From an uncultured Gemmatimonadales bacterium (GTDB taxonomy: Bacteria > Gemmatimonadota > Gemmatimonadetes > Longimicrobiales > RSA9): a DNA stretch of 64,000 nt. The stretch spans positions 10,981 to 74,980 of the forward strand of contig CAWFKH010000001.1 in assembly GCA_963816355.1 (NCBI GenBank), read 5' to 3'. Below are positions 36,532 to 48,595 of the stretch, one piece after another. The stretch's first letter is position 1; each line of letters opens with the position of its first letter. The notes beneath the pieces were generated by a model that searched no databases, had not been told where the DNA came from, and worked only from the letters and a program-made list of their open reading frames with translations. Made by a program: the position numbers and the translations under genes.

Positions 36532-38565
36532 TCAGCTCGCCGCGCCGCCGCCCGCGCCGGCGGGCAGCGTGCGGGCGAGGAGCGGACCGATCTCGGGGCC
36601 GCGGCCCATGAAGGCGCGGTAGAGCGCGTCCGGCTCTGCGCTCAGTCCCGGCCGCAGGATCGCCTCCGCGAACGCCTCGCCCACCGCCCGGCTCAGCAGG
36701 CCCTCCCGCTTGAAGCGCGTGAACGCGTCCGCGTCCAGCATCTCGCTCCACTTGTACGAATGGTACGCCGCCGCGTAGCCGCCGCCGAAGATGTGGGTGA
36801 AGGCGCACAGGAAGTCGTTGTCGGCGAAGTCCGGCCGCACCGCGTAGCGGCCGAGCACCTCGCGCCCGCGCGCCAGCGGGTCGCCCGCCGCGTGCGCGTG
36901 CAGGTCGAGGTCGACCGCGCCGAAGCCGAGCTGCCGCATCTGCGCGCTCGCGGAGCGGAAGTCGCGCGAGCGGCGCAGGCGCTCCACCACCTCGCCCGGG
37001 ATCGGCTCGCCGGAATCGACGTGGCCGGAGAAGAGCGGCAGCGCCTCCGGCTCCCAGCACCAGTTCTCCATGATCTGCGACGGCAGCTCGACGAAGTCGC
37101 GAGGCACGCGCGTGCCCGAGCGCGTCTTCAGCTCCGCCGTCGACAGCGCCGCGTGCAGCAGGTGGCCGAACTCGTGGAAGAGCGTCTCCACCTCGCCGTG
37201 CGTGAGCAGCGGCGGCCCGCCTTCCGGCGGCGGCGTGAAGTTCGCGCACACCGCGATCAGGTGCGGTTCGAAGCCGCGCTCCGCCGGCCCGCCCGTGACC
37301 AGCCCCTCCTTCCACGCGCCGCCCCGCTTCGTCGGCCGCGGGAAGAGGTCGAGGTAGAACGACGCCCGGTGCACGCCGGCGTCGTCGCGCAGCTCGAAGT
37401 AGCGCACGTCCGGGTGCCACAGCGCCTGCGTGGCGCGCTCCTCCACTTGCACGCCGAAGAGCCGGCCCGCGATCTCGAACAGCCCCTCGAGCACCCGCGG
37501 CAGCGGGAAGTACGGCCGCAGCGCCTCCTCGTCGATGTCGAAACGCTCGCGCCGCAGCCGCTCCGCCAGGAAGGCGACGTCCCACGGCTCCAGCCGCGCG
37601 TAGCCCTGACGCCCCGCCGCCGCCTCCAGCGCCTCGCTCTCCGCGCGGAAGTGCGGCGCCGTCCTCGTCGTCAGCAGCGCGACGAACTCCTCCGCCCGCG
37701 CCGCGGAGCCGACCATGTTCAGCTCGGCCGCGTACTGCGCGAAGCTCTCCCGGCCGAGCAGCGCCGCCAGCTCCCGCCGCGCCGCCAGGATGCGCGCGAT
37801 CACCGGACGGTTGTCGTACGGCGGACGCGAGGCGACCGAGACGTGCGCCTCGTGCATGCGACGTCGCAGGTCGCGCCGCTCCGCGTAGCGCTGGAATGGC
37901 GCGTACGACGGCGCGTGCAGCGTGAACACCCAGCCGTCCACCCCGCGCGCCGCCGCCTCCCGCCGCGCCAGCGAGAGCAGCGACGCCGGCAGCCCCGCCA
38001 CCTCCGCCGCCTCGCGCAGGTGCAGCGAGAACGCGTTCCGCGAGTCCAGCACCTGGTTCTCGAAGCGCGTCTGCAGCTCCGACAACTCCACCCGCAGCGC
38101 CGCCACCCGCTCCCGCGACGCCGCCGGCAGGCTGGCACCCGCGTGCCGCAGCTCCCGCAGCGCCCGCTCCAGGTAGAAGCGCCGCGGCTCCGCCAGCGCG
38201 CGCGCCTCCGCCGTCTCCGCGTACTCGCGCAGCGCCCCCCACACCGCCGGATCCGTGTCGATCCGCGCGAAGAACCGCTCGTACTCCGGCTGCGCCTCCG
38301 CGTGCGCCGCCCGCAGCGCCGGCGTGCTCCATACGTTCATCAGGTGCTCGACGATCCCGCTCACCCGCTCGACCCGCGACACCTCCTCGTCGAGCCGCGC
38401 CACCGTGAGCGCGAACGTGCGTCCGCCCGCGCCACCCGCCAGCTCGCCGATCCCCCGCTCCGCCCGCGCCACCGCCGCGCGCACCGCGCCCCGCACGTCG
38501 GCCGCCGTGATGCGGTCGAAGCGGACCGGAAAATCTTCCTCCAGCAGCGCGTTCAACGCCGGCAT
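36532..38565 (-). CDS. M3-family zinc oligopeptidase (oligopeptidase A / dipeptidyl carboxypeptidase-like)
   Basis: Track ORF of 677 aa. Zinc motif LFHEFGHLLH and downstream ELPSQIMENW, as in thimet/OpdA-type peptidases. Confidence 0.9.
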   Translation of the reverse strand: MPALNALLEEDFPVRFDRITAADVRGAVRAAVARAERGIGELAGGAGGRTFALTVARLDEEVSRVERVSGIVEHLMNVWSTPALRAAHAEAQPEYERFFARIDTDPAVWGALREYAETAEARALAEPRRFYLERALRELRHAGASLPAASRERVAALRVELSELQTRFENQVLDSRNAFSLHLREAAEVAGLPASLLSLARREAAARGVDGWVFTLHAPSYAPFQRYAERRDLRRRMHEAHVSVASRPPYDNRPVIARILAARRELAALLGRESFAQYAAELNMVGSAARAEEFVALLTTRTAPHFRAESEALEAAAGRQGYARLEPWDVAFLAERLRRERFDIDEEALRPYFPLPRVLEGLFEIAGRLFGVQVEERATQALWHPDVRYFELRDDAGVHRASFYLDLFPRPTKRGGAWKEGLVTGGPAERGFEPHLIAVCANFTPPPEGGPPLLTHGEVETLFHEFGHLLHAALSTAELKTRSGTRVPRDFVELPSQIMENWCWEPEALPLFSGHVDSGEPIPGEVVERLRRSRDFRSASAQMRQLGFGAVDLDLHAHAAGDPLARGREVLGRYAVRPDFADNDFLCAFTHIFGGGYAAAYHSYKWSEMLDADAFTRFKREGLLSRAVGEAFAEAILRPGLSAEPDALYRAFMGRGPEIGPLLARTLPAGAGGGAAS

Positions 38566-38656
38566 CTCTCCCTCGTCTCGGGTCCCGCCGCGCCGCGAAC
38601 GCCGCCGCGCCCCACCGCGCCGCGCCGCGCGCGCCGTCCGCCCGACGCGCGACCGA

Positions 38657-39850
38657 TCACGGCTCGCCGGTCATGATGAAGAGCGGGCGGCCGTTGAACT
38701 CGTAGATCGGGCGCAGCCGGTCGGTGTTGTAGTACTTCGCGACGCGGACGTACTTCTTGGCGCCCGTGACGGCGTCGATCGGCACGCTGTCGTAGTGGCC
38801 GTGGTGGATGCTGACGAGGCGGCCGAAGTTGCCGCCGAGCACGAGGTCGAGCGCGAGGTTGCCGAACGCCATCGGCACGATCGAGTCCATCGCGTCCGGG
38901 TCGCCGGAGCGCACGAGGTAGCCGAGCCGCTGGTTCACGACGTCGATGCGGCGGCCGCCGTTGTACTTCGGCGAGCGGTCCTTCAGCAGCGCGGCCACCT
39001 TGTCGCCCACGCCGCCCAGCTTGCGGTGCCCGTACTGGTCGCGCTCCTCGCTCTCGAACGACATCTCCGCCTCGCCCAGGATCGTCGCGCCCTCCGACAC
39101 CAGCACCACCGCGTAGCGGCTGGGGTGCCGGTTGCGATCGTACACCAGCAGCTCCGTGAGGCGCTCGATGTCGAACGGGTGCTCCGGAATCACGCAGCGG
39201 TCCGCCGCCCCCGCCATCGTCGGCAGCAGCGCGGTGAAGCCGGCGTAGCGGCCGAACACCTCGATCACCAGGAAGCGCTCGTGCGAGCCGGCCGACGTGC
39301 GCAGCCGGTGCGTCAGCTCGATCGTGCGCGTGACGCACGTGCTGAACCCGATGCAGTAGTCGGTGCCCGGCACGTCGTTGTCCATCGTCTTCGGCACCGC
39401 CACCGTCGGCACGCCCGCCGCGTGCAGCCGCGCCGCGTAGCTCAGCGTGTCGTCGCCGCCGATCGGGATCAGCGCGTCAACGCCCAGGAATTCGAGGTTC
39501 TTCAGGATCTCCGGCGTGATGTCGTTGACGTCCGCCCCGTAGCGTCCGGCGAGGTGCGGCGGCACGCGCTCGCGAGGGAGGTGGCTCGGCCGCGTCCGCG
39601 AACTGTGCAGGAACGTGCCGCCGGTCCGCCCCGCCCGGTTCACGATCGCCTCCGTCAGCTCCTGGACGTGCTCGCCGTTGTCCGCGCCCGCCTCCGGCAC
39701 CAGGTCCACAAGACCCGCCCAGCCGTGGCGGATCCCCAGGACGCGGTAGCCCTCGCGCGCGGCGCGGATCGTGATCGCGCGGATCGCGGGATTGAGGCCG
39801 GGGACGTCACCGCCCCCGGTGAGAATGGCGATGGTGCCCTTGCTGGCCAT
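38657..39850 (-). CDS. pfk: 6-phosphofructokinase (ATP- or PPi-dependent, not distinguishable here)
   Basis: Track ORF 38657..40075. The internal ATG at 39850 gives MASKGTIAILTGGGDVPGLNPAIRA. Other motifs: IPIGGDDTL, PKTMDNDV. Confidence 0.9.
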   Translation of the reverse strand: MASKGTIAILTGGGDVPGLNPAIRAITIRAAREGYRVLGIRHGWAGLVDLVPEAGADNGEHVQELTEAIVNRAGRTGGTFLHSSRTRPSHLPRERVPPHLAGRYGADVNDITPEILKNLEFLGVDALIPIGGDDTLSYAARLHAAGVPTVAVPKTMDNDVPGTDYCIGFSTCVTRTIELTHRLRTSAGSHERFLVIEVFGRYAGFTALLPTMAGAADRCVIPEHPFDIERLTELLVYDRNRHPSRYAVVLVSEGATILGEAEMSFESEERDQYGHRKLGGVGDKVAALLKDRSPKYNGGRRIDVVNQRLGYLVRSGDPDAMDSIVPMAFGNLALDLVLGGNFGRLVSIHHGHYDSVPIDAVTGAKKYVRVAKYYNTDRLRPIYEFNGRPLFIMTGEP

Positions 39851-39932
39851 GGTGACGTGCTCGATCTGCGGTGTGGAGGTCGGCGGCGATGCGGGACGTG
39901 CGGCGCGCGGCTCTCCGCGTGGATCCCGCGCC

Positions 39933-40166
39933 TCAGCGCGAGTCGCCGCCCTTGTAGCGGTACGTGATGCGGCCCCGGGAGAAGTCGTACGGCGACACCT
40001 CGAGCGCCACCCGGTCCCCCTGCAGCACCCGGATCTTGAACTTCGACATCTTGCCGCTCGCGTACGCCAGAACAATGTGACCGTTGTCGAGCTGGACCCG
40101 GAAGTTCTGGTCCGGGAGCACCTCCGTCACCACGCCTTCCACCTGAATCGCTTCCTGCTTCGCCAT
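39933..40166 (-). CDS. infA: Translation initiation factor IF-1
   Basis: Track ORF 39933..40253. The internal ATG at 40166 gives [72 protein letters not shown]. Confidence 0.95.
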   Translation of the reverse strand: MAKQEAIQVEGVVTEVLPDQNFRVQLDNGHIVLAYASGKMSKFKIRVLQGDRVALEVSPYDFSRGRITYRYKGGDSR

Positions 40167-40412
40167 AGATCGCCCCGCGCCACGTGAGCCTGCCCTGCAC
40201 GACGACGCCCGCCGAGCGCGCCGGCGGCGCCGCGTCGATCGGGCGGTTCGCACCGGCGCACCCCGCGCCGGTGAATTCCTCTGAATCTACTCCTTGCGGC
40301 GTACCCGCGCCACCCGTTCCCGCGCCCGCTCTTGTCCCCGCGCCCGCCGCCCGCCATCCTTGCCCGACCGCGCCTCCCGCCCACGCCGCGCCCCCCGAAC
40401 CGGACGCCCGCC

Positions 40413-41240
40413 ATGTTTCCGAGCTACGCCGCGCTGCACCCGGAGATCGTCCACTTCGTCATCGCGCTCCTCATCGTCGGCGTCGCCTTCCGCGTCGTCT
40501 CGCTCGGCCGCTGGTTCCGCTTCACCGACGGCGCCGCCGCGACGCTCCTCCTCGCCGGCACCGCCGCCGCCGTCCTCGCCGTCAGCACCGGCCAGCGCGC
40601 CCACGGCGCCGCCGAGCGCATCCCCGGCGCGCGCCAGGCCGTCCAGGAGCACGAGGAGTGGGGCGAGCGCACCCGCGACGCGTTCCTCGTCGTCTCCGCC
40701 CTCGAGATCCTCGCCCTCCTCGCCGCCGCCGCCGGACCCGACAGGCGACGCCGCCTCGTCACCGGCCTCAAGGCCGCCTCCGCCGTCGTCGGCGTCGCCG
40801 GCATCGCCGTCCTCTTCGAGGCCGGTGAGCACGGCGGCGACCTCGTCTACGGCTACGCCGGCGGCGTCGGCACCCGCTCCGGCGACACCGCCGATATCCG
40901 CCACCTCCTCGTCGCCGGCCTCTACAACGAGGCGATGGTCGCCCGCCGCGCCGGCGACCACACCCGCGCCGCCGCGCTGCTCGCCCAGCTCGCCGCCCTG
41001 CGGCCCGCCGACCCCGCCACCCGCCTCCTCGAGATCGAATCGATGATCCAGGACCGCGACCAGCCCCGCGCCGCCCTCGCCGCCCTCGACTCCATCGCCG
41101 CCGCCCCCGCCGCCGACCGCTTCACCCGCTTCCGCGCCGGCCGCCTCCGCGCCGCCGCGTACGAAAAGCTCGGCATGCCGGACTCCGCCCGCGCCGTCAC
41201 CGAGGCGCTGCAGCGCGAGCTCCAGGCCGCGCGGCGCTGA
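40413..41240 (+). CDS. DUF2231-like membrane protein with C-terminal helical-repeat (TPR-like) region
   Basis: Same frame as track ORF 40332..41240. ATG at 40413 gives MFPSYAALHPEIVHFVIALLIVGV. Four TM helices, FEAGEHGGDLVY, and an Ala/Leu/Arg helical tail. Confidence 0.6.
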   Translation: MFPSYAALHPEIVHFVIALLIVGVAFRVVSLGRWFRFTDGAAATLLLAGTAAAVLAVSTGQRAHGAAERIPGARQAVQEHEEWGERTRDAFLVVSALEILALLAAAAGPDRRRRLVTGLKAASAVVGVAGIAVLFEAGEHGGDLVYGYAGGVGTRSGDTADIRHLLVAGLYNEAMVARRAGDHTRAAALLAQLAALRPADPATRLLEIESMIQDRDQPRAALAALDSIAAAPAADRFTRFRAGRLRAAAYEKLGMPDSARAVTEALQRELQAARR

Positions 41241-41348
41241 CGGCCGGCGCCCTTCCCGTGACGCCTCGTCACCGCCTCGCCCCGCCCCATCCCGCCGCGC
41301 CGCGGCGGCGGAACGCACCGCCCCGGCGCAGAGTACCACTCTCGTGGT

Positions 41349-41384
41349 GGCGTGGCGCCCGGCTGGGGCCGGGTGCGCCACGCC
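41349..41384 (+). other. Long GC hairpin in the intergenic region
   Basis: GGCGTGGCGCCCGGC-TGGG-GCCGGGTGCGCCACGCC (15 bp with a 2-nt bulge). There is no U-tract, so a terminator role is uncertain. Confidence 0.4.
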
Positions 41385-41524
41385 GGCCCCAGCGGCGTTC
41401 CTCCGCTCCGATCACGACCGGCGCCCTGTGCACGGCGCGTCCGAACGATAGATTGTCGGTCCAGATCCCCCATGGCCCGGGCAGCCGGATCGCCCGCGCC
41501 CACACCCGCACCGCGTAGGCCCGC

Positions 41525-42289
41525 ATGCGCCGCCCTATGGCCCGCCTCGACCTTCTCCCCACCCTCCTCCTCGCGCTCGCAGCGAGCACCCTCGCCCGTC
41601 CGGCGCGCGCGCAGCAGGCGCAGGATGCGAAGAAGACGTTCACCCTCGTCGGCCGCATCACCGCGGCAGGCGGCGACGCGCCGCTCGAGGACGCGATCGT
41701 CTCCCTGCTGGACCAGGACGTGCACGTCTTCACGGATGGGAAGGGCCTCTTCGCGCTGCGCGGCGTCCACCCCGGCCTCACCGTGGTGCGCGTCGAGCGG
41801 ATCGGCTACGCGGACTTCCAGCAGGCGGTGCAGCTCGAGGAGGGCTCCGCCATGCACATCGCGCTGAAGGCCCAGCCGATTCAGCTCGAGCGGCTGGACG
41901 TCCGCGTCAGACAGCTCGACAAGCGGCTCGCCGACTACCCCTATCCGGTCCTCACCTTCGACCGCGAGGCCATGCGCAGCGCGCCCGACCTGACCGCCGA
42001 GGAGTACCTGCGCACGCGCGCCATGATCCTGCCCACGCGCTGCAGTTTCCAGCTCCAGATGGGCGGCTGCATCTACTACCGCGGCCGCTCGATCGAGCCG
42101 TCCGTCTACCTCGACGAGGCGAAGCTCCTCGGCGGCCTGGCCGCGCTGCGCACCTTCCACGCGAACGAAATCGCCCGCCTCGAGGTGTTCCGCCACGGCA
42201 CCATGATCCGCGCCTACACGCTCCGCTTCATGGACCAGCTCGCCAAGGGCCGCGAGAGCTTCGGCCTCGCGCCGCTCCCCCACCACTGA
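41525..42289 (+). CDS. Secreted protein with carboxypeptidase-regulatory-like (CarboxypepD_reg) domain
   Basis: Track ORF of 254 aa. Signal LLPTLLLALAASTLARPARAQ, then FTLVGRITAAGGDAPLEDAIVSLLDQDVHVFTDGKGLFALRGVHPGLTVVRVERIGYA. Confidence 0.6.
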   Translation: MRRPMARLDLLPTLLLALAASTLARPARAQQAQDAKKTFTLVGRITAAGGDAPLEDAIVSLLDQDVHVFTDGKGLFALRGVHPGLTVVRVERIGYADFQQAVQLEEGSAMHIALKAQPIQLERLDVRVRQLDKRLADYPYPVLTFDREAMRSAPDLTAEEYLRTRAMILPTRCSFQLQMGGCIYYRGRSIEPSVYLDEAKLLGGLAALRTFHANEIARLEVFRHGTMIRAYTLRFMDQLAKGRESFGLAPLPHH

Positions 42290-42297
42290 GCCGGACC

Positions 42298-43980
42298 GTG
42301 CCCCCACGCGACGAGCCCCCCGGCCTGGACCGCCGCGCCTTCATCCGCACCGGTTCCCTCGGCGCCGCCGCCGCCGCGCTCGGCCTGCCCGCCCCGCTCG
42401 ACGCCGACGCGCCGCCCGCCGCGCCATCCCCACCCGCGCCGCCCGCCACCGCACCGCCGCCCGACTTCGAGCTCGCCGAGCTCACCGTCGCCGACCTGCG
42501 CCGCGGCCTCGCCTCCGGCCGCTGGACGTCGCGCCGCCTCGTCGAGCTCTACCTCGGCCGCATCGACGCCGCCGACGCGCGCGGCCCCGCGCTGCGCGCC
42601 GTCCTCGAGACCAATCCGGACGCGCTCGACATCGCCGACCGCCTCGACGCCGAGCGCCGCGCCGGCCGCTCGCGCGGTCCGCTGCACGGCCTGCCCGTGC
42701 TCGTCAAGGACAACATCGACACCGCCGACCGCATGACCACGACGGCCGGCTCGCTCGCGCTCGAGGGCTCGATTGCGCCCCGCGACGCCGGCCTCGTGCG
42801 CCGCCTCCGCGCCGCGGGCGCCATCGTCCTCGGCAAGGCCAACCTCAGCGAGTGGGCCAACTTCCGCTCGACCCGCTCCTCCTCCGGCTGGAGCGGCCGC
42901 GGCGGCCAGGTGCGCAACGCCTACGTCCTCGACCGCACCCCCTGCGGATCCAGCTCCGGCACCGGCGCCGCCGTCGCCGCCAGCTACTGCGCCGTCGGCG
43001 TCGGCACGGAGACCGACGGCTCGATCGTCTGCCCCTCCGCCGCCGACTCCCTCGTCGGCATCAAGCCCACCGTCGGCCTCGTCAGCCGCGCCGGCGTGAT
43101 CCCCATCTCGCACACGCAGGACACCGCCGGCCCCATGGCCCGCACCGTCGCCGACGCCGCGATCCTGCTCGGCGCGCTCGCCGGCGCCGACGACCGCGAC
43201 CCCGCCACCGCCGCCGCGCGCGGCCACATCGCGGCCGACTACACGAAGTTCCTCGACCCCGCCGGCCTCCGCGGCGCCCGCATCGGCGTGCCCCGCGAGG
43301 GCCTCTTCGGCTACAGCCCCGAGGCCGACCGGATCGTCGACGACGCGATCGCCGCCATGAAGGACGCCGGCGCCGTCGTCGTCGACCCCATCGCGCTGCC
43401 CCACGTCGACGACTACGCCCGCGACGAGCTCACCGTCCTCCTCGTCGAGTTCAAGGCGGACCTCGACCGCTACCTCGCCGACCACCCCGCCGCCCCCATC
43501 CGCTCCCTCGCCGACGCCATCGCCTTCAACGAGGCCCACGCCGAGCGCGAGATGCCGTGGTTCGGACAGGAGCTCTTCCTGCGCGCCCAGGCCGCCGGCC
43601 CCCTCACCGACCCCGCCTACCTCCAAGCCCGCGAGCGCGGCCTCCGCCTCGCCGGCCCCGACGGCATCGACGCCGCCCTCGACGCCCACCGCCTCGACGC
43701 CCTCCTCGCCCCCACCGGCGAGCCGCCCAGCGTCATCGACCTCGTCAACGGCGACCACAACCTCGGCGGCGCCTCCGGCCCCGCCGCCGTCGCCGGCTAC
43801 CCCCACGTCACCGTCCCCGCCGGCTACGCGGCCGGCGCGCCCGTCGGCCTCTCCTTCTTCGGCCGCGCCTGGAGCGAGCCCACCCTGATCCGCCTCGCCT
43901 ACGCCTTCGAACAGGCGACCCTCGCCCGCCGGCCCCCCCGCTACCTCGCCTCCGCCGAGACGCCCTTCGCCCCCCGCTGA
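42298..43980 (+). CDS. Amidase-signature family amidase with Tat signal
   Basis: Track ORF of 560 aa. RRAFIRTGSLGAAAAALG; amidase signature GLPVLVKDNID and CGSSSGTGAAVAA. Confidence 0.9.
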   Translation: MPPRDEPPGLDRRAFIRTGSLGAAAAALGLPAPLDADAPPAAPSPPAPPATAPPPDFELAELTVADLRRGLASGRWTSRRLVELYLGRIDAADARGPALRAVLETNPDALDIADRLDAERRAGRSRGPLHGLPVLVKDNIDTADRMTTTAGSLALEGSIAPRDAGLVRRLRAAGAIVLGKANLSEWANFRSTRSSSGWSGRGGQVRNAYVLDRTPCGSSSGTGAAVAASYCAVGVGTETDGSIVCPSAADSLVGIKPTVGLVSRAGVIPISHTQDTAGPMARTVADAAILLGALAGADDRDPATAAARGHIAADYTKFLDPAGLRGARIGVPREGLFGYSPEADRIVDDAIAAMKDAGAVVVDPIALPHVDDYARDELTVLLVEFKADLDRYLADHPAAPIRSLADAIAFNEAHAEREMPWFGQELFLRAQAAGPLTDPAYLQARERGLRLAGPDGIDAALDAHRLDALLAPTGEPPSVIDLVNGDHNLGGASGPAAVAGYPHVTVPAGYAAGAPVGLSFFGRAWSEPTLIRLAYAFEQATLARRPPRYLASAETPFAPR

Positions 43981-44052
43981 GCCCACCCCCCGCCCCCCCC
44001 CCGCGACGCCGCCGCCTTGCGCGGCCGGCCGGCGCGCCGTACTCCAGAAGTC

Positions 44053-46882
<2,830 letters not shown>

Positions 46883-46886
<4 letters not shown>

Positions 46887-47611
46887 CCGACACCCTCACC
46901 GTCGCCTGGAAGGAGTGGAAGGAGCTCTTCGCCGAGGGCGGCCGCCGCCGCAGCGGCTGGTTCCGCATCGCCATCCTCCTCGCCCTCGTCGGCGTCGTCC
47001 TCCCCCTCCAGTCCGGCCCCGCCTGGACCTCCTCCCCCGTCCTCCTCGCCATGGCCGCCTGGATGCCCTTCATCCTCATCTCCGCCATCATCGCCGACGC
47101 CTTCGCCGGCGAGCGCGAACGACACACCCTCGAAACCCTCCTCGCCAGCCGCCTCTCCGACACCGCCATCCTCGCCGGCAAGATCGCCGCCGCCGTCGCC
47201 TACGGCTGGGGCGTCATGCTCCTCGCCTGCGCCGTCGGCCTCGCCGTCGTCGACATCGCCGCCCGCAAACCCCTCCTCTACCCCGCCTGGATGGTCGCCG
47301 GCGTCCTCGGTGTCGGCCTCCTCACCTCCCTCCTCGCCGCCGGCGCCGGCGTCCTCGTCTCCCTCCGCGCCCCCACCGTCCGCCAGGCCCAGCAGACCCT
47401 CAGCATCGCCTCCATGCTCCTCGTCTTCGTCCCCGCCTTCGGCCTCCCCGCCCTCCCCGCCCACCTCCGCCACGCCGCCCTCGCCCGCCTCGCCCGCCTC
47501 GACCCCCACGCCCTCGTCGCCACCGCCGCCGCCGCGCTGCTCCTCCTCGACCTCGCCCTCATCGCCGCCGCGCGGGCGCGCTTCCGCCGGGGACGCCTCA
47601 TCGCGCGATGA
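46883..47611 (+). CDS. ABC-2-type transporter permease
   Basis: Track ORF of 242 aa. The GTG start overlaps the ATPase stop (GTGA). Six hydrophobic helices. Confidence 0.75.
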
Positions 47612-47624
47612 CGCTCGCTCGCTC

Positions 47625-47852
47625 GGCGAGGGGAAGCTCGCTGCGCGAGGGGAGCCGGCTTCGCCGGGGAAGCTCGCCGGGCGAGGGAAGCCGGCTTCGC
47701 CGGGGACCTGCTTCGCAGGGGAAGCTCGCTGCGCGAGGGAAGCCGGCTTCGCCGGGGGGCCTGCTTCGCAGGGGAAGCTCGCTGCGCGAGGGAAGCCGGC
47801 TTCGCCGGGGGGCCTGCTTCGCAGGGGAAGCTCGCTGCGCGAGGGGACGGTA
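47625..47852. repeat. Intergenic array of about 12 short GC hairpins (53-bp period, about 4 copies), GGGAAGC-type unit starts
   Basis: cctgcttcgcagg recurs at 47707, 47760 and 47813. The unit is GGAAGCTCGC-TGC-GCGAGG / GAAGCCGGC-TTC-GCCGG / GGGGCCTGC-TTC-GCAGG. It shares gagggaagctcg... with the 25.8 kb array. Confidence 0.85.
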
Positions 47853-48381
47853 CGGGCGCGCGCCCGCGCGTCGGCGCCTCCGGTCCCTGCTCCCGCGGGG
47901 GGCGTCCCGCCTTTCCGGCGCTCCGCCCCGGGGCGGCGTGGCCGCCACCGAACCGGCGCCCGCCCCGCCGCGGCACGCCGCCGGCCGGAAGATCCCATCC
48001 CTACTTGACATGGCGCCCCTCCCTCTTCACCTTTAGCGTCGATGGCGTGTCGTTCGCGGTGACGACCCGCCTCAACCGGAAAAGAGAATCAACCCGTTAT
48101 CCTGTTCGGCTGTGCGACGTCAGCACCGCGGCCCCGGTGGGTCAGGCCCGGTCGCTCGACGGCCCCTCGCCTCTCCCCCGAGCGCGCCAGCACGCTTGCA
48201 GTGTACCACCCGGGTACGCCCAGTCCCGGACCAGTGCCGCGCGCGCGACCACAGTTATTTGAAACTATGGATTAGCCCCCTCGCTTGCGAGAGCGGAGCC
48301 ACCAGCGGAGTCCTTCAGCGGAGCGCCGCAGCCCACCCTAGCGGATCCGGGCTGACGCAACCCGAAAGGAGGTGAGCTGAG

Positions 48382-48456
48382 TTGACGGCTTTCTTTGCCG
48401 CCCTTTTCGCTGGTTTCGCGAAGCTTCTTATGGCGGGTGTCACCATCATTCATTAA
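48382..48456 (+). CDS. Candidate 24-aa hydrophobic peptide (TTG start)
   Basis: AGGAGG (48367-48372) lies 9 nt upstream of TTG 48382. Encodes (M)TAFFAALFAGFAKLLMAGVTIIH-TAA, 33 nt upstream of ATG 48490. It has no homology support and could be chance. Confidence 0.3.
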   Translation: MTAFFAALFAGFAKLLMAGVTIIH

Positions 48457-48595
48457 GTGAGTGAGGGGGCTTTTCTTTCTTAAGACATCATGCCAAAGAA
48501 GATCGCCCTACTCTTTGCTGCCGTAGTTGTCCTCGGCGCAGCATCGTTCTGGCCGTTGCCGCTTGCCGACATTGCGGCGCCTAAGCGGCACGGCG

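Noticed and set aside
47278-48036. ORFs on both strands with repeated peptide blocks such as ASFPCEAGPPAKPASLAQRASPAKQ.
   Set aside because: The periodic peptides are simply the translation of the 53-bp hairpin array, which is palindromic and therefore gives repeats on both strands. There is no start context and no domain.
47900-48300. tRNA, tmRNA, SRP RNA or RNase P gene as the island integration target.
   Set aside because: I looked on both strands for T-arm GGTTCGA-type boxes, the tmRNA termini, the SRP GGAAGCAGC motif and the RNase P GAGGAAAGTCC motif, and found none. This cannot be excluded without a covariance-model search.
48329-48375. c-di-GMP riboswitch upstream of the HD-GYP gene.
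   Set aside because: Only a partial resemblance (GGGCUGACGCAACCC versus the GEMM-I GGGACGCAAAGCC). I could not build the two-hairpin GEMM architecture or find the first-half ACGCACAGGGCAAACC element. It is kept only as something to test with cmscan.
48265-48453. 62-aa minus-strand ORF at the left end of the island.
   Set aside because: It has no recognisable features. It lies exactly antisense to the strong AGGAGG plus hydrophobic mini-ORF on the plus strand.
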